Positions 13,407 through 25,027 of a DNA stretch of 64,000 bases are shown in pieces. Where the stretch lies: NCBI GenBank assembly GCA_002104945.1, contig MCFH01000015.1, positions 558,001 to 622,000 on the forward strand, written 5' to 3'. A program made the position numbers and the translations under genes. The notes under the pieces were generated by a model. The model saw only the letters and a list, made by a program, of their open reading frames with translations, did no database searches and had not been told where the DNA came from. The stretch's first letter is position 1, and each line of letters starts with the position of its first letter. This DNA is from Piromyces finnis finn (lineage: Eukaryota; Fungi; Neocallimastigomycota).

Positions 13407-14034
13407 TTACCACTTAATAGTAAATCCTAATTCACAAGTCAGTTCACAAGCTTTGCAAAAACACTTTGATTTTTTAAATTCCTTATATTCATAAATAGGA
13501 TATGGAACCTCCACAACCGATGATTTAGTTTCGTTGATGGATTTACGAAGCGTAATTGCTTTTGATCCAAACAACATGAAAACATCAGGATGGTCATTCG
13601 AAATATATTGTACTAAATTGTTAATAAAAGATTCCCACAATAAATGATAATGATAGGGTAATGGATCAGCAATAGTTTGAGTAAAGTAAAAGTTGCACAA
13701 AAATATTCCATTATTTAACCATCTATCTAAATGATAATTTAATGGTCGCTGAAAAGAAGTTACTGTATTTTCTAAATTCGCATAAATACGCTCCAATAAT
13801 AATGGTGGCTTATGATTAGAAATTTTCGTTCCGGAAGCGATGTCACTAATATCGTGTGTATTTTTATAAGGCATATCTCCTACCATCACAACTTTGATAT
13901 CATGTACTTGGACATATTTAAAAATTCCAAATACATCTTCCAATGGTGGAATACAATATGAATTTCTCAATTGATGGTATATATATATATAATACTAATT
14001 TAGAATTTTTTATAAAGAAATCGTCCCAAGACAT
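13407..14034 (-). pseudogene. Uracil-DNA glycosylase family-1-like gene, catalytic residues substituted, frameshifted at (TA)7
   Basis: CIPPLEDVF..F...DIKVVMVGDMPY...PPLL..IY.NL...WLNNGIFLCN...WE.F...VFMLFG...I.W follows the UNG fold. The track start at 13970 is a TTG; an ATG at 14034 (MSWDDFFIKNSKLVL...) is one base out of frame across the (TA)7 at 13978-13991. Confidence 0.75.
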
Positions 14035-15779
14035 GTGTACCACTACTACTTTTATTTCTACTTTTTACTTTTTATTTTCTTTTTAATAATTATAATTATT
14101 TAGTAAATTTTATTAATAAATATATAAAAAAAAATATCAAAAATATTATTCTTTTAATTGTTTATAAATTTTATTGAAAAAAAAAAAAATAGGAATATAA
14201 AAATATTATTTAAATAAAATATTTCCAAAATTAAAATCCTTTGACTATCTCAATACCAACTATTAATTTTAATCATTTGATAGTTAGAAAGGAATTTCAT
14301 TATATATCCCTGATTTATGCTCATTATCCTAAAATTAGTAAATTTATATTGAAACTATTTAAAAACTATTCAAAAAATATATATATATGTACTAAATAAA
14401 AAAATATTATATAAAAATGTTTAAAAAGCTAATAAAACAATAAAATATATCAAGTTTTAAAATATATATATAAATTTAATATTTCAAATTTTATTTACGA
14501 ATAAAGATTTTCAAATTTATATATATATTAATGATTTTTATTAATTTTTTTTTTTTAGTTTGCTTTAGTATGAAAAAAAAATTATATTTTAAGTTTTATC
14601 TTATTTAATAATAAATGTAATGTATAAATATTATAAATACAACTTGTATTATTATTCATTATAAATAATGAAGAAAAAACAATTTTATTTATGTTTTATA
14701 TATCAATTTATATTAATTCATGTTTTTATATTTTAAGAAAAGAATTAAATAAAAATGGACACGAAATGAAATTAATGAAATGCACTTGAGATTGATATTT
14801 ATCAAATATGAAATATTCGGGTAGGTAAAAAATATAAAGGTTTAACAACAATAGTAATTCAAAGGAATAAAGAAAAAATAGTAAACTAAATAAATTAGTA
14901 CTTTTAAAAAAAAAAAAAATATTTTATTTCTGAGCAGTCAAGACATGAAAGAATTTTTATGGTAAAATCATTACTTTTTTTATATTATTATTTAAAAAGG
15001 AATAATGATCCAATGGTTAGAAAGGAGTTCAGATTTCAATATCATTAAGTCTTTAATAACCTTTTAGAAATAATAATAAAAAGTTTTATTTATTACTATT
15101 AGTGTTGATCTAGAAAAGATTCTTGTTTTTTTGTTAGGAGAAAACATCCTCTCCGAACAAGCACAACTAAATATGTGAACCTAAATTTGAGACCTTGAAA
15201 AAGGACCAAATAGTGTATAATTCATTAGTAGCAACTTTTTCTTTAATTAATAAGTTTTTTATTGTCGTTGCTGTTGTTATTATTTTATAGAATAAATAAT
15301 AATATTATTATTATCAATGAAATAGGAATCATTTCAAGCAACGTTTAAAAGCAAAAAAAGTGCCAAACCACTTAATACTATCCGTGTAACCCTAATAATA
15401 ATTAAATTTTAATTAATTTAATTAAAAATAGAAATGATTCAAATTAAAAATTTTTTGTCTCCTCTTTTTTTAATTTTCCATAAAAAATAAAATTAGGAAA
15501 AAAAAAATAATAATAAAATAAAATTTTTATTTCCCCAAAAAAAAAAAACAAAATTTTTATTAAACATTTTTATTATTATAATTAAAAAATGACTCGATTT
15601 TTAATATTTAATAAATACAATTTTAAAAATACAATTTAAATCTCATTTTTACATCCTAATTTCAAATTAAATTATAAATACTTTTTTTTAATTTTTACTA
15701 TAAAAAAGGTAATTTTTTCCCATTTCTTTTCTTACCTATTCATATTAATATATAATATTATACAAAAAAAAAAAAAAAA

Positions 15780-16811
15780 ATGAAATCTATATTATTATTA
15801 TCTATTGCTACATTTATTGGTACTTCAGCTGCTGCTGGTTACGGTCCACACGGTGCACCAATGTGTAATGGTTGTACTGTCACTGGTACTGGTGGTGACA
15901 AAAGTTTATGGGGTTGGGAAAACAACGCTGCTTGTGAAATCGACACTGGTAAATGTGGTGGTAACAATGCTAGTAACAACAACAACAACTCTAACGGAAC
16001 TGGTCCACATGGTGCTCGTTTATGTAGTGGTTGTACTGTCACTGGTACTGGTGGTGATAACAGTTTATGGGGTTGGGAAAATAATTCCGCTTGTGAAATT
16101 GATACTAACAAATGTGGTGGTGGTAGTAACAACAATAACAACAATAATAATAACAGTAATATTCCAGCTTCAAAACCAGTTGTTAGTTCTGGAAAAAAGA
16201 ATGGTAAGACTACTCGTTATTGGGATTGTTGTAAACCATCCTGTTCATGGAATGGAAAAGCTAATGTAAGTCATCCAGTTAACACTTGCAGTAAATCTGG
16301 ATCTATTCTTAGTGATATTAATGTTAGAAGTGGCTGTGACGGTGGTGATGCATTTATGTGTACTGACCAACAACCATGGGCTATCAATAGTAGATTAGCT
16401 TACGGTTTCGCTGCTGCCAATATTTCTGGTAGTTCTGAATCTTCCTGGTGTTGTGCTTGTTACAAGTTAACCTTCACTTCTACTTCTATTGCTGGTAAGC
16501 AAATGGTTGTCCAAGTTACTAATACTGGTGGTGATCTTGGTGAAAATCACTTTGATCTTCAAATTCCAGGTGGTGGTCTTGGTATTTTTGATGGTTGTTC
16601 CTTCCAATTCAATACTAATGCTGAATCTTGGGGTCAACGTTATGGTGGAGTTGGTTCTGTTTCTGGATGTTCTAATTTACCAGCTTCACTCCAAGCTGGT
16701 TGTAAATGGAGATTCGAATGGTTCGAAAATGCCGATAATCCAACCATGGAATTTGAAGAAGTTGAATGCCCAAGAGAATTAACTGAAAAAACTGGATGTG
16801 TTCGTCGTTAA
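15780..16811 (+). CDS. Secreted GH45 endoglucanase with two N-terminal CBM10/dockerin-like modules
   Basis: 343-aa intronless ORF. Signal peptide, two modules, short poly-Asn linker, [12 protein letters not shown] and HFDLQIPGGG. Confidence 0.95.
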   Translation: MKSILLLSIATFIGTSAAAGYGPHGAPMCNGCTVTGTGGDKSLWGWENNAACEIDTGKCGGNNASNNNNNSNGTGPHGARLCSGCTVTGTGGDNSLWGWENNSACEIDTNKCGGGSNNNNNNNNNSNIPASKPVVSSGKKNGKTTRYWDCCKPSCSWNGKANVSHPVNTCSKSGSILSDINVRSGCDGGDAFMCTDQQPWAINSRLAYGFAAANISGSSESSWCCACYKLTFTSTSIAGKQMVVQVTNTGGDLGENHFDLQIPGGGLGIFDGCSFQFNTNAESWGQRYGGVGSVSGCSNLPASLQAGCKWRFEWFENADNPTMEFEEVECPRELTEKTGCVRR

Positions 16812-17898
16812 ATTAATTTGATTCTTAGTTTATACTTTAGATATACTATAATTGTAAAAAAAATATAAGAAAAATTATTATTAAAAAAAAAAAAAAAAAA
16901 GATTTTGCATAATTTAATAATAGATTACTTGTAAATAAAATTTTATTTATATATAAAAAAAAAAGGAACAATGAGATTAAAAATATGTTTTTTATAATAT
17001 TTTAATTCTATTATTAGTTTAAAGTTCAAATAGTTGTTAATAATATTAAATTGTTTAATAATGATATAAAAAAAAATTATTTAATTTCAACTTAGTGGAT
17101 CAATCTATGATAAAAAAGTATCAGTGATAGTTTTTTTTGGTTTTTTTGTTTTTTGTTTTTTTTTTTTTTCTAAATGTTGAAAATGAAAAATAATAAAAAC
17201 GAAATTATTATTTTTGAGGACTCAAAAAATACTATTGATAAAAGTGAATAATACTAGTCTATTTTATTAATAATGAAAAAAAAATAAACAAAGTTGATAA
17301 AATCATCATTATTGAAAATTAAAAAAATTTTTTTTAAATATTTAAACTATTAAATATTACGATTGAATCAGAAAAAAAAAAAAAAAAACTGTTTTAATTA
17401 CAAAAGCATTCATAATCTCTTTTTTTTACTTTTATTCTTTAAAATTTTTTTTCAAAAAAAAAAAGTTAAAGTAATTATGGTTAAATTATTATTTTATTAA
17501 TTTCTTTTGTTTTTTAATTAACTATAATTAAAATAATCCGGAATAGACATATACCTATAGTATTATAGTATTATATAATTATATATAATACCTATATATA
17601 TAGATTATTAATTATAAATAAATATAAAAAAAAAAAAAACTCTTTTAAAGTGTACATTGATATATATATATATAAATAAATAAAGAAATGATAGAATTAT
17701 AATTATAATTTAGTTTTATCATTTTCATTAATAAAAAATTATAATATTCTCTTTTTTTAAAACCTAATAAGTTTTAAAATATTATTGAGTAAATTTAAAT
17801 ATTGTTAAGTAAATTAAAATATGAAAAAAAGAAATATTTATATATTTTAAATTTCATTATTACAAAAAATAATGAATTTTTAATTTTATATCGATAGA

Positions 17899-19707
17899 TT
17901 AGTATTGATGTTTATAGTATTGCATATTATCGTTTTTCCAATAGCCATTATTATTGTTATTGTTATTATTATTATTATTGTTGTTGTTGTTATTGTTATT
18001 ATTCCAGTCGTTATTGCTTCCCCAATTTATTTGGCCTTGGTTGTTGTTGTTATTATTCCAATTATTAATAAAATTATTCCAATCAATATTATTATTGTTG
18101 TTGTTGTTGTTGTTATTCCAATTATTAATAAAATTATTCCAGTCAATATTATTATTGTTGTTGTTGTTGTTGTTGTTATTGTTATTGTTATTGTTATTGT
18201 TATTGTTATTGTTATTCCAGTTATTAATTAAATTATTCCAATCAATATTATTATTGTTGTTGTTATTATTATTATTCCAGTTATTAATTAAATTGTTCCA
18301 GTCAATATTATTGTTATTATTATTGTTATTATTATTGTTGTTATTGTTGATAAACCAGTTTATTTGTTCTTGAATTTGGTTTTGGTTTTGCATTTGGTTA
18401 GCCCAGTTAACCCAATTGTTTTGGTCTTGGTTTTGATTATTTTGGTTCCAGTTGTTTTGATTTTGATTTTGGTTTTGATTATTTTGGTTCCAGTTGTTTT
18501 GATTTTGATTTTGGTTTTGGTTATTTTGGTTCCAGTTATTTTGGTTCCAGTTGTTTTGGTTCCAGTTGTTTTGATTTTGGTTGTTTTGGTTTTGGTTATT
18601 TTGGTTCCAGTTGTTTTGGTTTTGGTTTTGGTTTTGGTTTTGGTTTTGGTTTTGGTTTTGGTTTTGGTTTTGGTTTTGGTTTTGGTTTTGGTTATTTTGG
18701 TTCCAGTTGTTTTGATTTTGGTTGTTTTGATTTTGGTTGTTTTGATTTTGGTTGTTTTGATTTTGGTTGTTTTGGTTTTGGTTATTTTGGTTCCAGTTGT
18801 TTTGATTTTGGTTTTGGTTTTGGTTTTGGTTTTGATTATTCCAGTTGTTTTGGTTTTGATTTTGGTTTTGGTTATTTTGGTTCCAGTTGTTTTGATTTTG
18901 GTTGTTTTGGTTATTTTGGTTTTGGTTGTTTTGGTTTTGATTTTGGTTTTGATTTTGGTTTTGGTTGTTATTTTCAACTGGTTTTGATACTTCAACTGGT
19001 TGTGGCATTTCAACTGGTTTTGGTACTTCAATAATTTTTGGTACTTCAACTGGTTGTGGCATTTCAACTGGTTCTGGTACTTCAATAATTTTTGGTACTT
19101 CAACTGGTTGTGGCATTTCGACTGGTTCTGGTACTTCAATAATTTCTTCTGGTACTTCTACAGATTTTGTTTTTCCAACAGGTTCATCGATTTTACCGAT
19201 TTCAATTGGACTATCGACTGTAATTTCACTAGCTATTTCATCCGATTTTTCTTTAATAATTTCATCTATTGTTGTTTTTTCTTCTTCATGAAGAGGAATG
19301 ACTTCTTCTTCAAAAGATTCAATACTATCTTCTTTTCCTTTTCCTTTTTTTCCCACCTTTTTTGATTTATTTAAATCACTAGTAGTATCAATTTTTTCAG
19401 AATCAATTTTGCTATCAATATCATCATTACCAATGATAGATTTACCAGCAATTTTACTTTCATTAAGAATATCTTCCATACTTTTTTGATTTTCAATACT
19501 TTCAAGAGTTGCAATATCAACTTGACTACAATAATCTGTATCAATTTCACATGAGGTATTATTTTCCCAACCCCATAAACTGGCATCATCACTAGTATAG
19601 GTAACATTACAACCATTACATATTGGTGCACCATGAGGTCCACCACCAAGAGAAAAGACAGTACCAACTAAAGCGGTACTATATAAAAATAAAATTTTAT
19701 AGTTCAT
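17899..19707 (-). CDS. Secreted non-catalytic protein: CBM10/dockerin-like module + acidic/PEVK-like repeats + Asn/Gln/Trp prion-like region
   Basis: 602-aa intronless ORF. Signal peptide, [38 protein letters not shown], Glu/Lys-rich segment, EVPEPVEMPQPVEVPKII repeats, NQNQNNW repeats, IDWNN(L/F)INNW x4. Confidence 0.85.
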   Translation of the reverse strand: MNYKILFLYSTALVGTVFSLGGGPHGAPICNGCNVTYTSDDASLWGWENNTSCEIDTDYCSQVDIATLESIENQKSMEDILNESKIAGKSIIGNDDIDSKIDSEKIDTTSDLNKSKKVGKKGKGKEDSIESFEEEVIPLHEEEKTTIDEIIKEKSDEIASEITVDSPIEIGKIDEPVGKTKSVEVPEEIIEVPEPVEMPQPVEVPKIIEVPEPVEMPQPVEVPKIIEVPKPVEMPQPVEVSKPVENNNQNQNQNQNQNQNNQNQNNQNNQNQNNWNQNNQNQNQNQNNWNNQNQNQNQNQNQNNWNQNNQNQNNQNQNNQNQNNQNQNNQNQNNWNQNNQNQNQNQNQNQNQNQNQNQNQNQNQNNWNQNNQNQNNQNQNNWNQNNWNQNNWNQNNQNQNQNQNNWNQNNQNQNQNQNNWNQNNQNQDQNNWVNWANQMQNQNQIQEQINWFINNNNNNNNNNNNNNIDWNNLINNWNNNNNNNNNNIDWNNLINNWNNNNNNNNNNNNNNNNNNNNNNNIDWNNFINNWNNNNNNNNNNIDWNNFINNWNNNNNNQGQINWGSNNDWNNNNNNNNNNNNNNNNNNNGYWKNDNMQYYKHQY

Positions 19708-20261
19708 ATTTTGAATATTGATAATTGTTGTTGTTGTTGTTGTTGTTTTTCGGTTATTATTATTATTTTCTTTCTTTTTTTTTTTTATTTTAATATATAT
19801 ATTAAATATAGTAATATATTTAATAATATAGTAATTATTAAAATAAAAAAAATTGAAAATAAGAAAAAAATATTAAAATATATACAATTAGCTTTTATTT
19901 TTTTAAAAAAAAAAAAAAAGTGAATAATATGTTTAAAATTATATGTATTATTGGGTTATATACAGAGATGGTAAAAACTAATAAAAGTTTCTTTTTTTTT
20001 TTTTTTTCTTATTATTATTATGCTATATACAAGATAATTTATTTACAATAAAAAATATAAAAAAAATATTTATAATATTTATATATAAAATTTTAAAAAA
20101 AAAAAATATTTTAAAATTTAAAAAAAAGGGAATCTTTCTTTTTATTTAAGTCTTTTTTTTCTATAAAAAAAAAAAAAACCAATAAAATTTTTGGTAAACA
20201 AAAAAACAAAAAAGAAAAAAGAAAATTAAACTTTATTATTTAAAAAAAAATATTTTATTAT

Positions 20262-20392
20262 TAAATAGTAAATATTATTAAATATTATTATTATTATTTA
20301 ATATTATTATTATTATTTCTAATTATTATTATTATTATTAAATATTATTTATTATTATTTCTAATTATTATTATTATTATTAAATATTATTT
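20262..20392. repeat. Compound (ATT)-based minisatellite, unit ~ttctaattattattattattattaaatattatt
   Basis: Two or more visible copies of the ctaatt(att)n-aaatatt unit. Confidence 0.8.
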
Positions 20393-22230
20393 TTTAAATA
20401 GTAAAAGGTTAATAATTAATTTTCTAAAGTCATTTTTTATTAAATTTCTATTAGTTTTTAATAATTTATATATTAAAATTATTTATAAAAAAGTTGATGT
20501 TGTTTTAAAAATTAATTAATAATTATTATTTTCAGATATTTATTCTGTAATTTGCAAAGCAATATAAATTATAAATACTAATAATCACACACACGGTTAA
20601 TTTGCAAAAATAATAAAACAAAGGCTATATTTTAAAAAATAGACTATAATTATAGTATTTAATAGAATTTAACATTGTAATTCATCTATTTTTTATACTA
20701 AAAATACCTAAAAATAATAATTTAAACAAGACTTTTACCACACATTTTTATTAAATAATAATACTAATAATGCTAATAATAATAATAATTAATAAAATAG
20801 TTATTATTAAAATTTACAAATATAAAAAGAAAAATGAAATGTTTCACCTTAAATTATTTTTAAAATGAAAATTATTGGCTTAATTTAATATAAATCAATA
20901 AATTTAATTAATTTTTTAATTAAATATTAATTAAATATAAATTAAATTTTTGATAAAACATGAAAGATGAAAGATCACAAACTATTTAAATAATTAAAAT
21001 TATATTAAAAAAAGGAGCGGTTAAAAAAATAAAATGACCGTTAGTTCACAACACACAAAGGAAAGTGAAGAAAAAAAAGAATTTGTTATTTATAATCATT
21101 AATAGTTATATAATATTTAATATTTTATTTATTATGTTTCTCTTTTTCTATTTTTATTCTTTATTATTAAAAAAAAAAAGAAATAGAAAATTACTTTTTA
21201 ATGCTTCTTTTTACGCCATACAAAATTAACTATTGTAAAATGTTGATGAAATAAAACAAAAAAAGAATATGAAATTTTAATAAAAAAAAAAAGTTTCTTA
21301 TTTTGGTAAAAAAATGTTCTACACCACCACCACTAAATTATTAAAAAAAAAAAAAGTGGATTTTATAATTTTATTAAAAAAAAAAGTTTATAATATAGAA
21401 ATAAATCCTATTGATCCTTATTACTTTTTATTACATTTCATATGTTGCTATTTATAATTAATTTTCATTGTTATTCGTTCATTTATAGGTTCCTTTACAA
21501 TTTCTTAAAATCAACAATTTTTTCTTTTTTTTTTTTTTTACTTTTATTTATGCTTTCTTTATTGGTAAAATTAAAAATTTTTGTTGGTGTGTGTGTGTGG
21601 GTGTGTGTGTGTGTTGGTGTGACTAAAATAAATGATTGGAATTGAAAGAAAAAAAAATCTCCAACAAAAAAATTTTAATTATTAATAAAAGTTGGTTAAA
21701 ACCCTAAAAGAACTTTTTCATAAATAAATAAATAGGTATTTATAAGGCAAAAAAAAAAAAAAAAGACCAATAAAAGATTGGAAAGGAAGGATAAAGGCGA
21801 CACTAAAAAGATAATAATGAATTTCTTTATCAAATTTTAAATTAATATTTTAATAAAATGGGATTGTTATTCCTATTATTATACATTTATTTCAAAGGAG
21901 TATTAAAAGAAAAAAAAAAAAAAAGGAATTGATTAAAAAATAAAAGTATTATCATCATCATCATCACTATTTTTTTTTTTTTTTTTTTTTTTTTTCCTTT
22001 ATCATAATAAAAAGTAGTAAACTTTTTTTTCCTACATCTATTTATATATATATATATTATTTATTTATTTATTTATTTATATGTATAATTTTAATAAATT
22101 AATCATCATGATCCTTTTATAAGCATCATCATTATCATTCATTTTCACCCATGCCTTTAATAATAATGATAATAATCGTGGCGTGGGATTTACTGAGATA
22201 TTAAAAAAAAATTAAAAAACTTTAAAAAAT

Positions 22231-23141
22231 CTATGAACTTCTCCACTGACTAAGTTCCTTTTCTTCTTCAAATTTAGCTTTAACAAAATCAATAAAACTC
22301 TTTTCGTAGTATTCTTCTGGTTTAACGGTTAATTTATCATGCTTTTCAGCTTCAGCCTTGGTTAAACAAATAATGTTTTGAAGAGATGGTGGTTGACTAC
22401 GGTCCCATCCTAAAATTTTTTTTTTTTTTTAATATATAATGAAATATAAAATTAAATAAATAATTGTCGTCGTCTTATCCTTATTTTAAATGAAAAAGTG
22501 TAAATATAATTAAATAGTTTAAAAAAATTACTGGTTAAAGTTAATTTATTCAAGTTTCCTGATAAAGCACTTCTACCACTCCAAATTTCTTCAAAAATAT
22601 AACCAATATCATTAGTGGTAAACTTTAATGGATCACTATTTATATATTTAAATTATCATTCATATCATAAAATGGATTTAGTTATTATTTGCAAAAAAAA
22701 AATTTTTTTTTTTTTTTTTTTTTGAATTTTTATTTCAAATACATATAAATATAAATATAAAAAAAAAAAAGATGAATAAAATTTGTATATTTACTTGTTG
22801 TTAAAGACATGTTGTTCTCTACCAGCATAATCCTTGTGAAGTCTAGTGTAGGTGGCATCTCTATTTTTAATAGCTAATGGCTTAATTGGCCAGTCAGCTA
22901 ATTGAGTTAAAACATAGGTAGCAATAGCATTACCAAACATAGCTGGAATAGTACCAAATACTGGTAAAACTCTATAATTCCATAAGATATTAAAAATCAA
23001 TATGGAAAATTACTTTTTAAAAATAATCTATTTAAATTATATATATATATATTAATAAAAATTACCTAGCTCTAAAGTTTGGTGGATTACCCTAAAAAAA
23101 AAAAAAAATACAAGATATACAATTTAAAGATTAGCTTTTAG

Positions 23142-23172
<31 letters not shown>

Positions 23173-23572
23173 GTAAATTAAAAAAGGACATAAATAAAAA
23201 TGATATTTACTTCAATTTGTTTTCCATATAATTCATCTGGTAAAGGAAGAAGTTTAACACTTCCTGGCTTTTCAGTTGAATATACAACTATATGAATAAT
23301 GAATGAATAAAAAAATTAATTTAAAGATACTATTATAACTTGACGGTAGTATTGTTTGTTTTTTTTTTAATTATTGTCAATAAATTACTATTTATATCTA
23401 AAGGAGGATTTTCTAATATTTACCTGGAACACCACTTTCAATACCTCTTTTTCTTAATTCTCTACGAGTAGCTCTAGCAAGTGGATCCTCTATTATTAAT
23501 TAATAATAATGAAAATAAAAACAATTAATATATCACTAAAAAAAAAAAAACGAATTCTACTATACTTTTAAA

Positions 23573-23603
<31 letters not shown>

Positions 23604-25027
23604 GATAATTATATTTGATAGATTACCCTTAGTATCACTAATATCAGCAATTTGAATTCTTGATGGATCACTATGAAATAGAGTAATTTTTTGTTTCAAT
23701 ATAATAGAATAATAATAATAATATTTATAAAGGGTTTTTGGGCAATGTTAATATATATATGTGTTGTTGTTTTCATCACTATTATCATTTCAAAAAAAAA
23801 AAAAAAAAAAAAATACCATTTAGCACCAGCACCAGTAGAACTAATAATTTTGATATTATGCTTAACACAATATTCGATAAGATCTAACTTGGTTTGAATG
23901 TTATCTATATAATATTTATTTATACATATGATATATAACGAATAAATGTTTAATTGGAATTTAGCTTTTTTTTTTTTTTGAGTCGTTCGTGGATGGTAAC
24001 GATAATAAAATAGTTTATCATTATTGAAATTTTAATTTCATTGATTTAAACATACCAATACAATCTAAAACATAATCTGGTTTTCCATCTAATAAAGAAT
24101 CAGCCTTGTCTTAATATCCAAATTTGAAGTTTTTATAAATATAATTAAAAAGAATAGATAGGTAGATTTAGTATGGAATAACTATAACAATTATTAACTT
24201 AAATAGACATATTAATATATATATTGGTAATAAATGTAAAAATGTATATTTATTTACCAATGTTAAATAAATCAACTATAGCTTCAACCTTGGCAAATGG
24301 ATAAATTTCCTTGAAATGTTCTTGCATAGCAATAACCTAAATAGAGTTGAAATTTAAAATACAAAATTAGGAAATCAAACTACTTTTAAAATATTTTAGA
24401 AATAGTATAATAGTATTATCAATAAAAGTAGATACCTTTGGTTTATTTACATCAGCCTTGATAAAAAAAAAAAAAGATTTTTCATTGATTTTAGCATTTT
24501 TTTTATTTTAATTTCAATTAATTGAATTATTTAAAAAAAAAAAAATCATATTTATAATTATTAATAATTATATATGTACAATTTTCATTACTATTATATA
24601 TATATATATATATTTCAATTATAAAATTAATAATTACCTTTGTAGCAACAGCATGACGATTTAAACTGGTAATGGAAACTTCATCAAAATCGATAATTCT
24701 AAGTTTTCCAACACCAGATCTCATTAACATATGAGCTGCATGACTACCAACACCACCAACACCAACAACAATAACAAAAGAATTTCTAATTTGTTCCATT
24801 TTTTCTTCACCAAAGAATGAATAGTTTCTGGAAAGAACTTCTCTAATATAATCTTCATTAAGTTCATCTTTATTTGTTGGATTAAAAGCAATAGCATTAG
24901 AAAATTCTCTCTTTAACTTTTGAATTTCCTTTCTTTTCAACAAATGTTGAATAAGAAAGATGGTACTAGCAGTACATGCTGAAGAAATTAATGATGCTGC
25001 AATTAAAGAAGTGGTATTGGACTTCAT
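22231..25027 (-). CDS. TCD1: tRNA threonylcarbamoyladenosine dehydratase (TcdA/CsdL/Tcd1-2; ThiF/E1-like family), ~12 exons
   Basis: N-terminal hydrophobic anchor; VIVVGVGGVGSHAA, LRIIDFDEVSITSLNRH, DYVLDCIDNIQTK, SSTGAGAKCDPSRIQIADIS, EDPLARATRRELRK, VVYSTEKP, VLPVFGTIPAMFG. GT-AG introns keep the frame to TAG at 22231. Confidence 0.92.

Noticed and set aside
12481-14034. 9-bp direct repeat ccaagacat flanking the UDG region as a possible TSD
   Set aside because: The right copy is the UDG's own ATG-TCT-TGG start, a similar caagacat recurs near 14940, and no TIRs lie inside.
17905-19667. Alternative-frame ORFs over the 602-aa gene
   Set aside because: Repeat-derived shadows of the N/Q and PEVK-like repeats.
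21018-21040. CGG-N17-CCG as a Zn2Cys6 site
   Set aside because: The spacing matches no site I know, it occurs once, and it is far from a start codon.
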